Below, one piece after another: positions 52,801 through 64,000 of a DNA stretch of 64,000 nucleotides. The stretch is from contig NC_043022.1 of assembly GCF_006345805.1 (NCBI RefSeq), forward strand, positions 13,392,001 to 13,456,000. Direction: 5' to 3'. Position 1 is the stretch's first letter, and each line of letters opens with the position of its first letter. The stretch comes from Octopus sinensis. Taxonomy: Eukaryota. The notes below the pieces were generated by a model that saw only the letters and a list, made by a program, of their open reading frames with translations, ran no database searches and was not told where the DNA came from. A program made the translations under genes and the position numbers.

Positions 52801-53103
52801 CAGATAGCACTGGCTACAACCATTGCTCAGATGGTGCTTTTTACATGCCACCAGCTACACTCAAATGGTGCTTGTATAATAATATACACACACACACATT
52901 GTCAAAATATAGTATTTATATAAAATTATATGTAAAAAATGAAGTCACTAATAATGTTGTTGATACTAAAGATAATGGAACCAATTATTTCTAATAAGTT
53001 TTTATGCTAACATTGTTTCACTCTTTTTCTCTTCTAATTACAGGATGAAGAATTAGGCAGTTATTTATTGAAGATTCTAGAATCTGGTCTGGAAGGGACA
53101 TAA
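26388..53103 (+). CDS. INTS11: Integrator complex subunit 11, 18 coding exons: 26388-26415, 27790-27801, 28949-29034, 30932-31005, 32117-32228, 34553-34669, 35774-35872, 38320-38493, 39344-39463, 41482-41577, 43463-43585, 44891-44977, 46018-46180, 47209-47319, 49240-49304, 51179-51321, 52031-52154, 53044-53103; 597 aa
   Basis: Exons sum to 1794 nt in frame. Motifs include [59 protein letters not shown] and SFSAHAD, with C-terminus [19 protein letters not shown]. These fit an MBL/beta-CASP nuclease of the INTS11 rather than CPSF73 type. Confidence 0.97.
33453..33639. mobile_element. piggyBac-like MITE family A, left of the MBTPS1 fragment
   Basis: CCCTTTAGCATT ... AATGCTAAAGGG-TTAA. Confidence 0.7.
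33655..34215 (-). pseudogene. MBTPS1: Site-1 protease (MBTPS1) 5' fragment: signal peptide plus prodomain, two in-frame stops, antisense in INTS11 intron 5
   Basis: One frame reads [14 protein letters not shown]...[30 protein letters not shown]...[22 protein letters not shown]...[18 protein letters not shown]. This aligns to the S1P prodomain as recalled (WRIIPRNNPSSDYPSDFEV...HPNIKRVTPQRKVFRSLK). Confidence 0.85.
34312..34532. mobile_element. piggyBac-like MITE family B, right of the MBTPS1 fragment (relatives near 16600-16960, 35160-35400, 53335, 63890)
   Basis: TTAA-CTCTTCTGTTACC ... GGTAACGAGATGG-TTAA. Confidence 0.6.
36493..37616. mobile_element. 1.1-kb non-autonomous piggyBac-like element
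   Basis: TTAA-CCCTTTCATTAC ... GTAACGAAAAGG-TTAA ends, an internal ~165-bp direct duplication, and no transposase ORF. Confidence 0.7.
40504..40599 (+). ncRNA. Candidate non-circularly permuted hammerhead ribozyme
   Basis: Core CUGAUGA, GAAA and GUC. Stem I gagag/cucuc, stem II ggggcc/ggcccc, stem III gccgu/acggc, and 10-bp closing stem cuagcaagug/cacuugcuag. Confidence 0.6.
41856..41959. repeat. 52-bp tandem repeat x2 containing CTGATTGG (CCAAT box)
   Basis: AGCGCTGCTTCTGATTGGTCAATCCATGGYGATGACCCGAGGTCACGGTGAC twice. Confidence 0.9.
42056..42199. repeat. ~144-bp foldback palindrome
   Basis: Arms of ~65 bp around the loop TCGCTTTCGCTC. Confidence 0.9.
48060..48590 (-). mobile_element. CR1/L2-type LINE 3' fragment
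   Basis: [14 protein letters not shown]...YSERL...SLKLRRL...DL...NTRGH...[14 protein letters not shown] followed by an (ATT)n tail. Confidence 0.88.
49857..50145 (+). mobile_element. tRNA-derived SINE of a fourth family
   Basis: GGCACAATGGCCCAGTGGTTAGGGCAGCAGACTC...GGTTTCGATTCCC tRNA-like head followed by a non-tRNA body. Confidence 0.6.
52254..52530. repeat. 63-bp tandem repeat, about 4.4 copies, inside a family-3 retroposon
   Basis: Units start at 52254, 52317, 52380, 52443 and 52506. Confidence 0.9.
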
Positions 53104-56100
53104 ATCCCCTCCTCTTGATGTAATTATAATTCTATTAAGGACCTTTTTCTTTCTCTTTTTTAGCTAAAAATGTAATACTTTCTACATTGTGAAATTAAAT
53201 AATAGGGATTTTTATTTTCTTAAAATACAAAACAAACAGTTTGTGTTTTGATTTTATTCTATAAGAGATGAAAAGGAAAAGGTCTCTTTATCTCTGGACT
53301 TTATATTTGGTGGAGAACAGAAGGAATTCAGTCCTTTTGTTACCATATTTCTGTTGTAAATACACTGCTTTTGTTTTGAAGAATTTTGTAAAATAACTTT
53401 GTTGTTGTTATTAAGTTGGTGATTGGAAATTTGAATGGAAGGTTTTAAACAGGAAGTTTGAACCACAAAATGAGGGGTGGTCTCAGATGGGTTGGTATCA
53501 AAAGGGCTATGGAAGTTGCTGTATGCAGAAAGTATCCTCAAATTACATAATTTTTTGAGTTTTAATAGCCACAAATGCATCACTAAGTAATACAGAGTAA
53601 TCTCAAATGTATTTCTTAAGAGAAGCATGGCTGTGTGGTTAAGAAGTTTGCTTCACAACATCATGGTTTTGGGTTCAGTCCCACTCCTAGGCACTCTGGG
53701 CGAGTGTCTCATGTTACACCTTCAGGTTGACCAAAACCTTGTGAGTGAATCTAGTAAGCAGAAACTGTAGAGAAACCTGTCAAGTGTGTATGGAAGAGGG
53801 TGGTCTCTCACCTTATCTTGACATTGTGAAGGTGTATGGTTTAGTGATTAGGGTATTTAACTCGTGATCACAGGCTCATGAGATCAATTCCTGGCCGTGC
53901 GTTCTTGAGCAAGACACTTCATTTCACATTTCTCCAGTTCTACGCCTATAATTTAGATCACTTTAAGATAGGAAGTTTATATCATAGAACCAGAGGTCAT
54001 TTGGAGCAGGTTAATATCAAAGAAGTTTAGCTGACCGATAAACAAATTATTGACCACTTGCATGGAGAGGAATCTGCCTACGAGTCTCTAGATACTGTTT
54101 TAGATCCCAAACTGGAACTATTCTGGTCTGCCACATCACAGACTGAAGAAAGGATTCTCAATTATTCATCATTATTATTTAATATCTGCTTTTCATGCTG
54201 GCATGGGTTGTACAGTTTAACAGGAACTGCACCAAGTTCTTAGTCCGTTTTGGCAGTGTTTCTACAGCAGGATGCCCTTCCTAATGCCAACCACTTTTAC
54301 AGAGTGTGCTGGGTGATTTTAATGTGGTACCGGCATCCCGAAAATTCCATGTTTGTGTAATAGCACATGATTGGTGGTCAAACAACCGTTACGTTTGATG
54401 GAAAAGAGATAGGACTGTGGCTGCTGTGACAACATGTTTATCACAAAACTTTGAATCCTTCCCAAGTAATTCGCCCCAATTTAATTTCAAGTACATACAA
54501 GTAACAGCTATTTATCTCCCTTGTTTCATGAGATCCATGTTGTGCAATTATACTCAACTAATGCCCGTTCCATCCATCTATCAAATTTCTCTGTCCATTA
54601 CTCATGGGAGTTGAGTCCTCAAGCATCCCCCCCCCCACCATAGGGTCCTATTAGAAGATGCCATTATTACACTTCCCTGCTGGATTCCCAAGTGTGACGA
54701 ACTGAAACTATGGATATCTATGGGCATAGGAGTGGCTGTGTGGTAAGTAGCTTGCTTACCAACCACATGGTTCCTGGTTCAGTCCCACTGCATAGCACCT
54801 TGGGCAGGTGTCTTCTACTATAGCCTCAGGCCAACCAAAGCTTTGTGAGGGGAAACTGAAAGAAGCCCATCATATATATGTTTGTGTGTCTGTGCCCCCC
54901 CCCCACATCACTTGACAATTGATGCTGGTGTGTTTACGTCCCGTCACTTAGCGGTTTGGCAAAAGAGGCCGACAGAATAAGTACTAGGCTTACAAAGAAT
55001 AAGTCCTGGGGTCGATTTGCTCGAACAAAGGCAGTGCACCAGCATGGCCACAATCAAATGACTTGAAACAAGTGAAAGAGTATATCATTTCATAATTCCA
55101 TTCTCAGTCTACCCCCCGTGTGTCCACTGCTGCTGGTTGGTTTGGTTTGAAGAATCTGTCTAGCAATTCTTTTCTGTAAAATTCTAATCACATGTCCTTT
55201 GAACCTGAGTTCTGACCTCTCAATGCAGAGAAGTAGCATCTCAACCTTGCAGGGACTCTCTGATCTACACACCCTTCACATTCTATATTAATGTCGCCAA
55301 TTTATAAACCTCTGAACTGTTAAGATAGCAAGGGTTGAACGTCTTTACTAGATTTTGCTCTTTTTTGGATGTTCAGTTGTGGGTTTTTATTATTTTTGTT
55401 CTTTCTACAAAAAGCTGTTGACTACAAATCTGTTGCTTTTCTAGTGCATTCAGCTGGGTTTATGCTGTAATTAAATAATACCTTTAAAGAACCTAGCTTT
55501 CTAATAAAATACTCTTTTCTACTCTAGGCACAAGATTTTAGGGGAGGTGGGGCCAGTCGATTAGATCGACCCCAGTATGCAACTAGTACTTAATTTATCA
55601 ACTCCCGAAAAGATTAAAGGCAAAGTCGACCTCGGCAGAATTTGAACTCAGAATGTAAAGACAGATGAAATACTGCTAAGCATTTCACCCGGCATGCTAA
55701 CATTTCTGCCAGCTCACTGCCTTTTTCTAATAAAATACTGTGGTAACTAATACAGCCATTATCATCGTCACATATGATTTTCAATGTCTGCATGAGTTAG
55801 GTGAGTACCCTCCAACACAACATAGCAATATTTGTTGTGTTTCTTTGTCATTTCTTTTACGAGGTCCAATATCCTGCGATCAGCCTTCACTACTTCTCCC
55901 CATCTTTGGTTTTCCTTTTCCGCCAGATTCTTCCACAAGAACCTCTTGGCACTTCTTCACCCATCTTTCATCATCCGTACACATTTTATGTCCATAGCAA
56001 CATTACCATCGCTCTTCTACATACACTACGATCATCAATTTCTCTCTCAACTCATCATCGTAATTGTCACAAAAGATAAAATATAAAAAAAATGTTCACA

Positions 56101-59100
56101 TTTACAATTAAAATTACTAATTTCATTCATCATTTGAAATATGTACAATATGGAAATATTTCTGAATGCATTTTCGATAACCAGTTTTATCTTTGCTGCT
56201 TATCGACATTGAATGTTCCGTTTGTCCAATTTTCATCAAAGACAACGTATAGTTCGGAAATGGCATGAGGACGCAATTATTATCATCATTATTTTTTTTT
56301 TTTTTTTTACATGAGAATAAGTGATGTTCATTATGTTTCAGAAAGCATCAGTGATTGTAAATGAAACAATCCTAACTAATTAATGAGTTACTTCAATGAA
56401 AAAGATGATAATAATAATAATAATAATAAAAATAATAACAACAACAATAATATTAATACAACCCTATTTCTTAAGATCTAAGGTTTGAAATGTCACAAAT
56501 ATAATACAGTTTGTGAATGCAAAGAATGCCGCTAAAAGCCTTTATGAAAACATGTAAGACCAAACGGCTGACATAAATATGTTTAAAAAAAGATCCTTTT
56601 TTTAAAAATCTGTCCTGAAATCCTTTGATAAATACTTTGATGTTCACCGTGCCATGAAGTTGGCAGTGTTTGAAGTTGAAGACGATTCTTTTGACAACAG
56701 CCATTTCTTTTCTGCAGCAAGGTAGACCGAGACAGATCCTAACCCGACATCTTGGTTAATAAGCTTTTGCCCAACGACGGAGCAAAGGCTTTAGCAACCA
56801 AGCACACATCACACACACACACACAAACACAAGTTTATTTGGGGGTGGGGTGAAATTTCCTTTACATACTGAATGATTTTTTTTTCTTTTCTTCCTTTTT
56901 GTCATGAAACAAACAAAAAAAAAAAAAATGATAGAATTACTAAATGCATAAAGTCTCTTATTTCAGCTTCCAGAAAATAAATGACTACGTGTACATAAGT
57001 GTGTGTGTGTGTGTGTATACATATGTAAGGTGCAAGTGTAGCTGTGTGGTTGAGGAGTCTGACTCCCAACTGCATGGTTCTGAGTTCAATCCCACTGCTT
57101 GGCACCTTAGGCGTCTTTTACTACAGCATCATGCCAACAGAAGCCTTGTGAGTGAATTTTTAAAATAACATTTTGCATTTCTTTTTACATCTGTTTTTTT
57201 TCCATGCCGGCATGGGTTGGAGGAATATATTATTGAGACATTTTTGTTTGACAGCCAAATGTCGTTTCTGTCACGAATACCTTTACCCATTTCACAAATT
57301 ATGAGATCCCTTAATCCACATATGTTCCAAGGTAGACATCCAGTGGACGATTGTTGAAACAGCGAAGGACAACATCATCATTTGTAGCTTTCAGGTTGCA
57401 AATATAAACACACACACACACACAACGTGGACAACCGACTGAAGTTATCTGTTAGAATGGTTGCTTTGTAACAATCATTCTGACTCTCTGTGCTCAGAGT
57501 TCAAATCCTGCCATGGTCAACTTTGCCTTTCATTCTCTCGGGGTCAGTAAAGTACCAGTCATGCACTGCGGTCGTTCCCTCTCTTTCATTCACTCTTTCG
57601 TTCTGTCTTTTTTTACTTTCTTCCAGAAGAAATCAAATGTGGTCAGAACCTAGAGAGGTAATGGACTCCACCAGGTCTGAAAATGCCCAAGCATGGGCGT
57701 ATGTGTATGTGTTTATGATACACACGTGCACAAATAAGATGTGCCTTCCGTTTCTGCCTAGCGAATCCACTCAGAAGGCTTTGATCAATCAGAAGACACT
57801 TGCCTAAGGTGTCAAATAATGGATCTAAACCATAGGGGTTACAAAACAAACTTCTTCACCACACAGCCACACCTGCGTATGCCCACAGACACACACACAA
57901 CTTTCACACAAACATCACAGATATATATATACATTTTAATGGTAGGGATGATTTAGATCCAGGCTCTCACCTCCATAGTACTTCATCCAAGTTCTTGGCT
58001 AAAGGGATGCTTAAAGAGGAGTACGAATAGTACGCCTCGTTAATCAACCACTCAACGAATTGTTAATTAAATAATAATACTTATGCACCCTGCAAATCCA
58101 AGGACTGTACTGTACCTTCGTCGCAGAGTAAATAACAATAATAAACGAATAAGGAATGAAGACGGTGTTCTGTTTAGGTAGCGATCGTTTCCATGAAAAT
58201 GATTATTTAGTGATTGCTTAGATGTTACACGTATATATTTTGTGTTTCAGTCATCACACTGCGGCCATGCTGGAGCACTGCCTCGAAGGAATTGGTTTCA
58301 ATCCAGTTATTTCTTTTTGAAGCCTAGTATTGATCTCTTTTGCTGAACTGTTAAGTTACAGGGGTTGTAGACAAACCAAAAGTGAATGTCAAGTGGGGGT
58401 GGGGGACAAACAGACACAACGACACGCACACACACACACACATATAGATATATACATATTCAATGGGCTTCTTTCAGTTTCCGTCTACCAAGTTCACTGA
58501 CAAGGCTTTGGTTGACTTGAGGCTGTAGTAGAAGACACTTGTCCCAAGATGCCAGGCATTGGGACTGAACCTGGAACCATATGGTTGGGAAACAAACTTC
58601 TTACTACACAACCCACGCCTGTGCCTATATACGGAGGTTATTATTGCATGTCACATAATGATGATAATAATAATCCTTTCTACAAAGGGCACAACGCCTG
58701 AAATTTCGGGGAAGGGACTAGTCATTTACATCAATCCCAGTGTTTCACTGGTACCTAATTTATCGACCCCGAAAAGATGAAAGGCAAAGTCAACCTCGGC
58801 AGAATTTGAACTCAGAATATAAAGACGGGTGAAATACAGCTAAGCATTTTGCCTGGTGTGGTAATGACTCTACCAGCTCACCACCTATGTCACATAATAA
58901 TAATAAAGTAAAATATCTATTTTATTTTGTCAGCTGCTGTGTAGAGCCATCAGGTTACAATCCATCCATGAGAGATGTCATCCCAACAACAGAAGATAGC
59001 ATGAGAGAGAGACACACACGCACACACAGATGAAGGTCTAACCAGGTTGACTGACAGGGGGTATGGTTTAATTCAATATTTATAAGGTTCCAACTAATCG

Positions 59101-60308
59101 GTGTATTTGTTAATTGAGACACTTATATGGGACATTGAAAGTGAATTGATCAAGTCCGTCACTGTAATATTTATGATGTTTGAGTGAGTAGAAGAAAAAA
59201 ACCTAGTAGACAGCGACAGCTTATAGGGACTTCGAAGTAAGACAAAGCAGTAAATTTTGTGTGTCTGTAAGAGTTTCTAGTCACTTGTTAATACTTATAG
59301 ATCCACCACCACGAAATAACATTAAAATTAGGTTTAAAGAAAGACACAAGAAACATACAATATATATATAAGCGGTGGTGCCCCAGCATGGCCGCGGCCT
59401 TCGGGCTAAAACATTTTTAAGGACTTAAGGATACACACACACAAATTGGCTGATCAACGAGGCATATTGTTAGTACACACACAAGATCCCTCAGTTGAGG
59501 GTGGGAGTGTTCCTGTCTTGCATGTTATTTGGCAATCTCATTATTGCTGGTGCCACAAAAAAGAAAAGAAAAAGCATTTGGTACATCTGTAAAGTGGTTG
59601 GCATTAGGAAGAGCATCCAGCTGTAGAAACCATGTGAAAGCAGACAGTGGAGCCAGGCACAGCCTCGGCTCATCGCTTCATGCTGGACTGTGCAACTCAT
59701 GCCAGCATGGAGAAAGGGACATTAAAAGATGATGATGATGTCTGTATCTATACATAGTCTACGCACACACACACACGCACTCACATTCGATTCTTTCATA
59801 CACCGATCGGTTGGGACAAATATTGAATTAAACCATTTCTCCAGTCAGTCAATATGTTGGTCACACCTCCGTCTCTCTCGCACACTACTTTCTTTCGCAT
59901 GTTGGAATGGCATCTGTCATAGATTGTCACCCAAAGGTCCTACAGGGCATCTGACAAAATGAATGAAATGAATATTTGGTTTTATCCGGCATTATTACAT
60001 AAGAATCTATCTATTTAACATATAAGTATACAATAAATAACCGTTCTCATGGAAACGATCGCCACATACTATAACGTTGTCTCCATTCCTTATATATAAT
60101 GTATTTATGTACACACTCACACACATACTATCACCATACACAATATAACTTGTTTTTTTTTTATTTCTTCACCAGACACATATCATATATACACCGACAC
60201 ACATCTCTATGCACAAGATACTCACACTGCAACTTGTGTGATGTTTACAAGTTCACAGTTGCATGTACTGATGATCTATAATGTTAAAAGTCATGGAGTG
60301 TTGTTGCA

Positions 60309-63300
60309 TTATGAGTTGAAAACGTATTTGTGAAGGTCCTGGACTGACAAGTCCAATGAGAAGTCCAACGGTTTTACTTCAATAGCGTTTGTGTGATCAC
60401 GAATGCGATTCCAATCCTGTAAAATCCGACTGTAGTGTAACATGTTCTCTCTGTCCCCCTGGCTTTGGTACAGACGTAAGAGGCCTTTGTAGTCATATTC
60501 AAGTCCACTATATCCAGCACCAAACAGTTTTTTACCTGCAAGATAAAAGGAATAAGGAAAGACTCAAACATTGAATTTATCCATGCTGGGGTGGATTTTA
60601 GGTTCTGAGTTCAAATACTGCCGAGGTCAAATTTGCATTTTGTCCTTTCAGGGTTGATAAAATAAGCTCCAGTTAAGTACTGGGGTTGATGTAATTGACT
60701 TCTTAACCCCCTGAACTTGCTGGGTTTCAGCCAGAATTTGAAACCAAGGCTGATAATTTGGGAAGAGAGGGAATTCAATTACATCAATCCCAGAGATCAA
60801 CAGGAACTTATTTTATTGACCCCGAAGGGACGAAAGGCAAAGTCAACCTCAACAGCACTTGAACTGAGAATGTAAAGAGCTGAAAGAAATGCTGCTAATC
60901 TGAAGCAGGAATTATTCTGCCAGCTTCTTGCCATAATTTAATCATCTGTATTGTAGTTAAAATATCAACGTAAATCTTGTTAGCATCTGACCCAGGCAAG
61001 CATGGAAAAGTGGATGTTAAAACAGTGGGGGGGAGCATGTTCATTTTTTAAAAAATTGGATGTTGGACAAAAAGAAAAAAAAGGTTGAGAGAAAGATGAA
61101 GGAGTTGAGTTCAGAATATAATGGTATTAGCAAGAGAAGAGAGAGAGAGGAAAGATAAGTTGGTGGTAGGTACAGGAACAACCAGCCAGAATTGCTTACC
61201 AATTTCAATTGATCTTTTGTAGAGACTCTCTGCTTCCATATGGTATTTCATGTCATAATTGTACAAAGAGGCAAGGTGCCCTACAGAGAGGGCAACTTCA
61301 TAGTCATCTGGTCCCAACAGGCGTTCTTTGATCTCAATAGCTTTCAAATGGTGAGTTTCGGCAAGCTAAAAAAAAAATCAAAAACAAAAGAAAGCCTTTT
61401 AAATCATCCTTCAAATCACTTCCATGCTTCCCAAAATTTGCCAACAGTACACCTGGTGGCCCCTAGCTATTTTTTGCCAACAGTACACCTGGTGGCCCCT
61501 AGCTATTTTTTTAGCAACTGCACGAGTACTGTATAGAAGAATTTCAATATTATATCGTAAAATATATTTGCCAACTAAATGTGGCTGTCCCATAGAGGTC
61601 GATGTTACTGTAGTTTTTAGCCCCAGGAAGACATCTCCAGCTGGCTAACAACACATTGTCTGTGTCCAATTAATATTTGCAAGGGGAGGTCATCGCTCCC
61701 ATCTCTAGCCTTACGTGATGCACACAGACCCGGGTTTCAGGATAGATACCAGTCTTCATCATCATCATCATCATTTAGCATCCGCTTTCCATGCTAGCAT
61801 AATCACCAGGCAGCTAAAAACAACAGTAACAGCGTCCTCTATGGGACCACCACATTTAGTTGGCAAATTTGAACTCAGAACGTAAAGACAGATTCTGTTA
61901 CATTTTACCTCTTGCTCAGAGATTCAATGTACATTATTATATCATTTTTTTAATATACATCACCAATAATGAAGATATCCAACCTAATGAGCATTAAACT
62001 CGTTAACCAAACATTAAAAAGGAGGGAACAACTTAGAAGCAAAGCAGTTTCAGCTGATATGTGCCGTCAGTCAATAGTTGTGGTTGATTTCTTATGAGCT
62101 TAGCTTCACAGTCAGGTGACAGTTACCTCTCTTGTATCTAATGCTGATAAGAACTTAAGACTTTGAAATGCATGCGTCCATCTGAGGGTGCTTTAAGCTG
62201 GTTCTGGTGTTTTACACCTTCTGTCTCGTGAGAATTCTTTTTTTTTCCTCTATGACAAACTGCATTGAAAAGCGTTTTACAGGTTCAAATATTTCTCAAA
62301 CATATCAGCTGTGATCCCTGTGTCGGTGGCAAATAAAAAGCACCATCTGAACATGGCCGATGCCAGCGCCGCCTAGACTGGCTTCTGTACTGGTGGCACG
62401 TAAAAAGCACCACCCGAATCGTGGCTGGCTTTCGTGCCGGTGGCACGTAAAATGCACCAATCCAATCGTGGCCGTTGCCAGCCTCACCTGGCACCTGTGC
62501 AGGTGGCACGTAAAAAGCACCCACTACACTCATGGAGAGGTTGGTGTTAGGAAGGGCATCTAGCTGTAGAAACACTGCCAGATCAGACTGGAGCCTGGTG
62601 CAGCCTTCGGGCTTCCCAGGTCCCCAGTCGAACCATCCAACCCATGCTAGCATGGAGAACAGACGTTAAACGATGATGATGATGATCAGAATTAATATTA
62701 CCAGATTTTCTGGCATAAAAGTTGAATTTTCCTGACTCAAATTTACAGCCAAAAAAGGTAGGTCAACTTACTCACAGCAACAACTTTGAGTGACAATGGT
62801 TAAATATTTGCAATACAAACTGGCCACTCCATCAGTTAGGATGACAAGGGTTCCAGTTGATCCAATCAACAGAACAGCTTGCTCGTGAAATTAACAGGTA
62901 AGTGGCTGAGCACTCCACAGACACGCATACCCTTAACAGCATGACACAGAATAAGTTATCCCTTTTCAATTACAGGTACAATTCATTTTTGCCAACTGAG
63001 TGGACTGGAGCAATGTGAAAAAGAAAGTGTCTTGCTCAAGGATTGAACTCACGACCTTACAATCGTGAGCCAAATGCCCTGTTGATTCGCATGGTAGAAA
63101 ATATACAGTGCCACCTGACTGGCTCCCATGCTGGTGGCATGTAAAAAGCACCATCCGAATGTGGTTGATCCCACGTCCGCTTAACTGGCTCCTGTGCAGG
63201 TGGCACATAAAAAGCACCAACCAAATGTGGCCGATGCCAGTACCCACAGAGTGGCTCCCATATCTGTGGCAAGTAAAAAGCACCATCTGAAAGCAATCAA

Positions 63301-63790
63301 TGCCAGCCCCCTCGCCCCGACTGGCTCCTGTGCTGGTGGCACGTAAAAAGCACCCACTACACACTTGGAGTGGTTGGCATTAGGAAGGGCATCCAGCTGT
63401 AGAAACCTTGCCAGATCAGATTGGAGCCTGGTGCAACCTCCTGGCTCGCCAGTCCTCAGTCAAACCATCCAACCCATGCCAGCATGGAAAACGGACGAAT
63501 ATGAATAAATAAGCATTACATCTAACAGAGTATTCTGGATGCGAAACGTTAAATAATTAAAACAATAAAAAACAGAAAAAAAGGCACAGTTCTACCCACC
63601 TTGAACTCTCGCATTGACTGATATAAACGGCCCAAGTTGCCATAATGTTTGGCTGTCTGTACGTTGCTTTCTCCGAATGCGTTGATGGCCAAGTTGAGAG
63701 ACTGGACATGCAATTCCTTGGCTTCGGACAGCAATGGCTCTCGCACACTTTTATCCTCATTGTCAATTGCTATTTCCTCAAGAATCAAAG
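60309..63790 (-). CDS. APPBP2: Amyloid protein-binding protein 2, last three exons (63790-63600, 61365-61200, 60535-60309); 5' part lies outside the window
   Basis: LILEEIAID...NVQTAKHYGNLGRLYQSMREFK-LAETHHLKAIEIKERLLGPDDYEVALSVGHLASLYNYDM...-GKKLFGAGYSGLEYDYKGLLRLY...VFNS*. TPR-like repeats, canonical splice sites, consistent phases. Confidence 0.94.
61438..61509. repeat. 36-bp tandem repeat x2 in an APPBP2 intron
   Basis: TTGCCAACAGTACACCTGGTGGCCCCTAGCTATTTT twice. Confidence 0.85.
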
Positions 63791-64000
63791 CTACATACAA
63801 AAAAAAAAAATCAAATAAATACATAGTAAAATATTTATTTTTATTTATAGGCAAAAAGACAAATTGAAATGTAAGGGATAAATTGATTGACCCTTTTGTT
63901 ACCAGATTTTCATTAAAATATACTGCCTTCGTTTCAATTACTAAAAACTTGCATCAAAATTTTATGCTATTTTACGTTCCAAACTGAAAAGCTCTATCTG

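Overview
Repeat-dense eukaryotic DNA, most likely Octopus (inferred from SINE/MITE families and microsatellite load; not database-checked). Four intron-containing genes were reconstructed by hand: the 5' part of FARSB (minus, 5 exons), a complete CPTP/GLTPD1 (minus, 2 exons, 205 aa), a complete INTS11/CPSF3L (plus, 18 exons, 597 aa) head-to-head with CPTP, and the last 3 exons of APPBP2 (minus). INTS11 has a 12-nt microexon, a GC-AG intron and an antisense intronic MBTPS1 pseudogene fragment. The rest is tRNA-derived SINEs, RTE/CR1/R4-type LINE fragments, TTAA (piggyBac-like) and hAT MITEs, and microsatellites; almost all listed ORFs are artefacts of these. The strongest unexplained signal is a set of hammerhead-like motifs: two sequence-unrelated loci (40504-40599 +, 11652-11738 -) with a full core but non-circularly permuted strand order, and one minimal G3:C8-swapped hammerhead inside a 131-bp TSD-flanked insert. 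All RNA structures were derived by eye and are untested.
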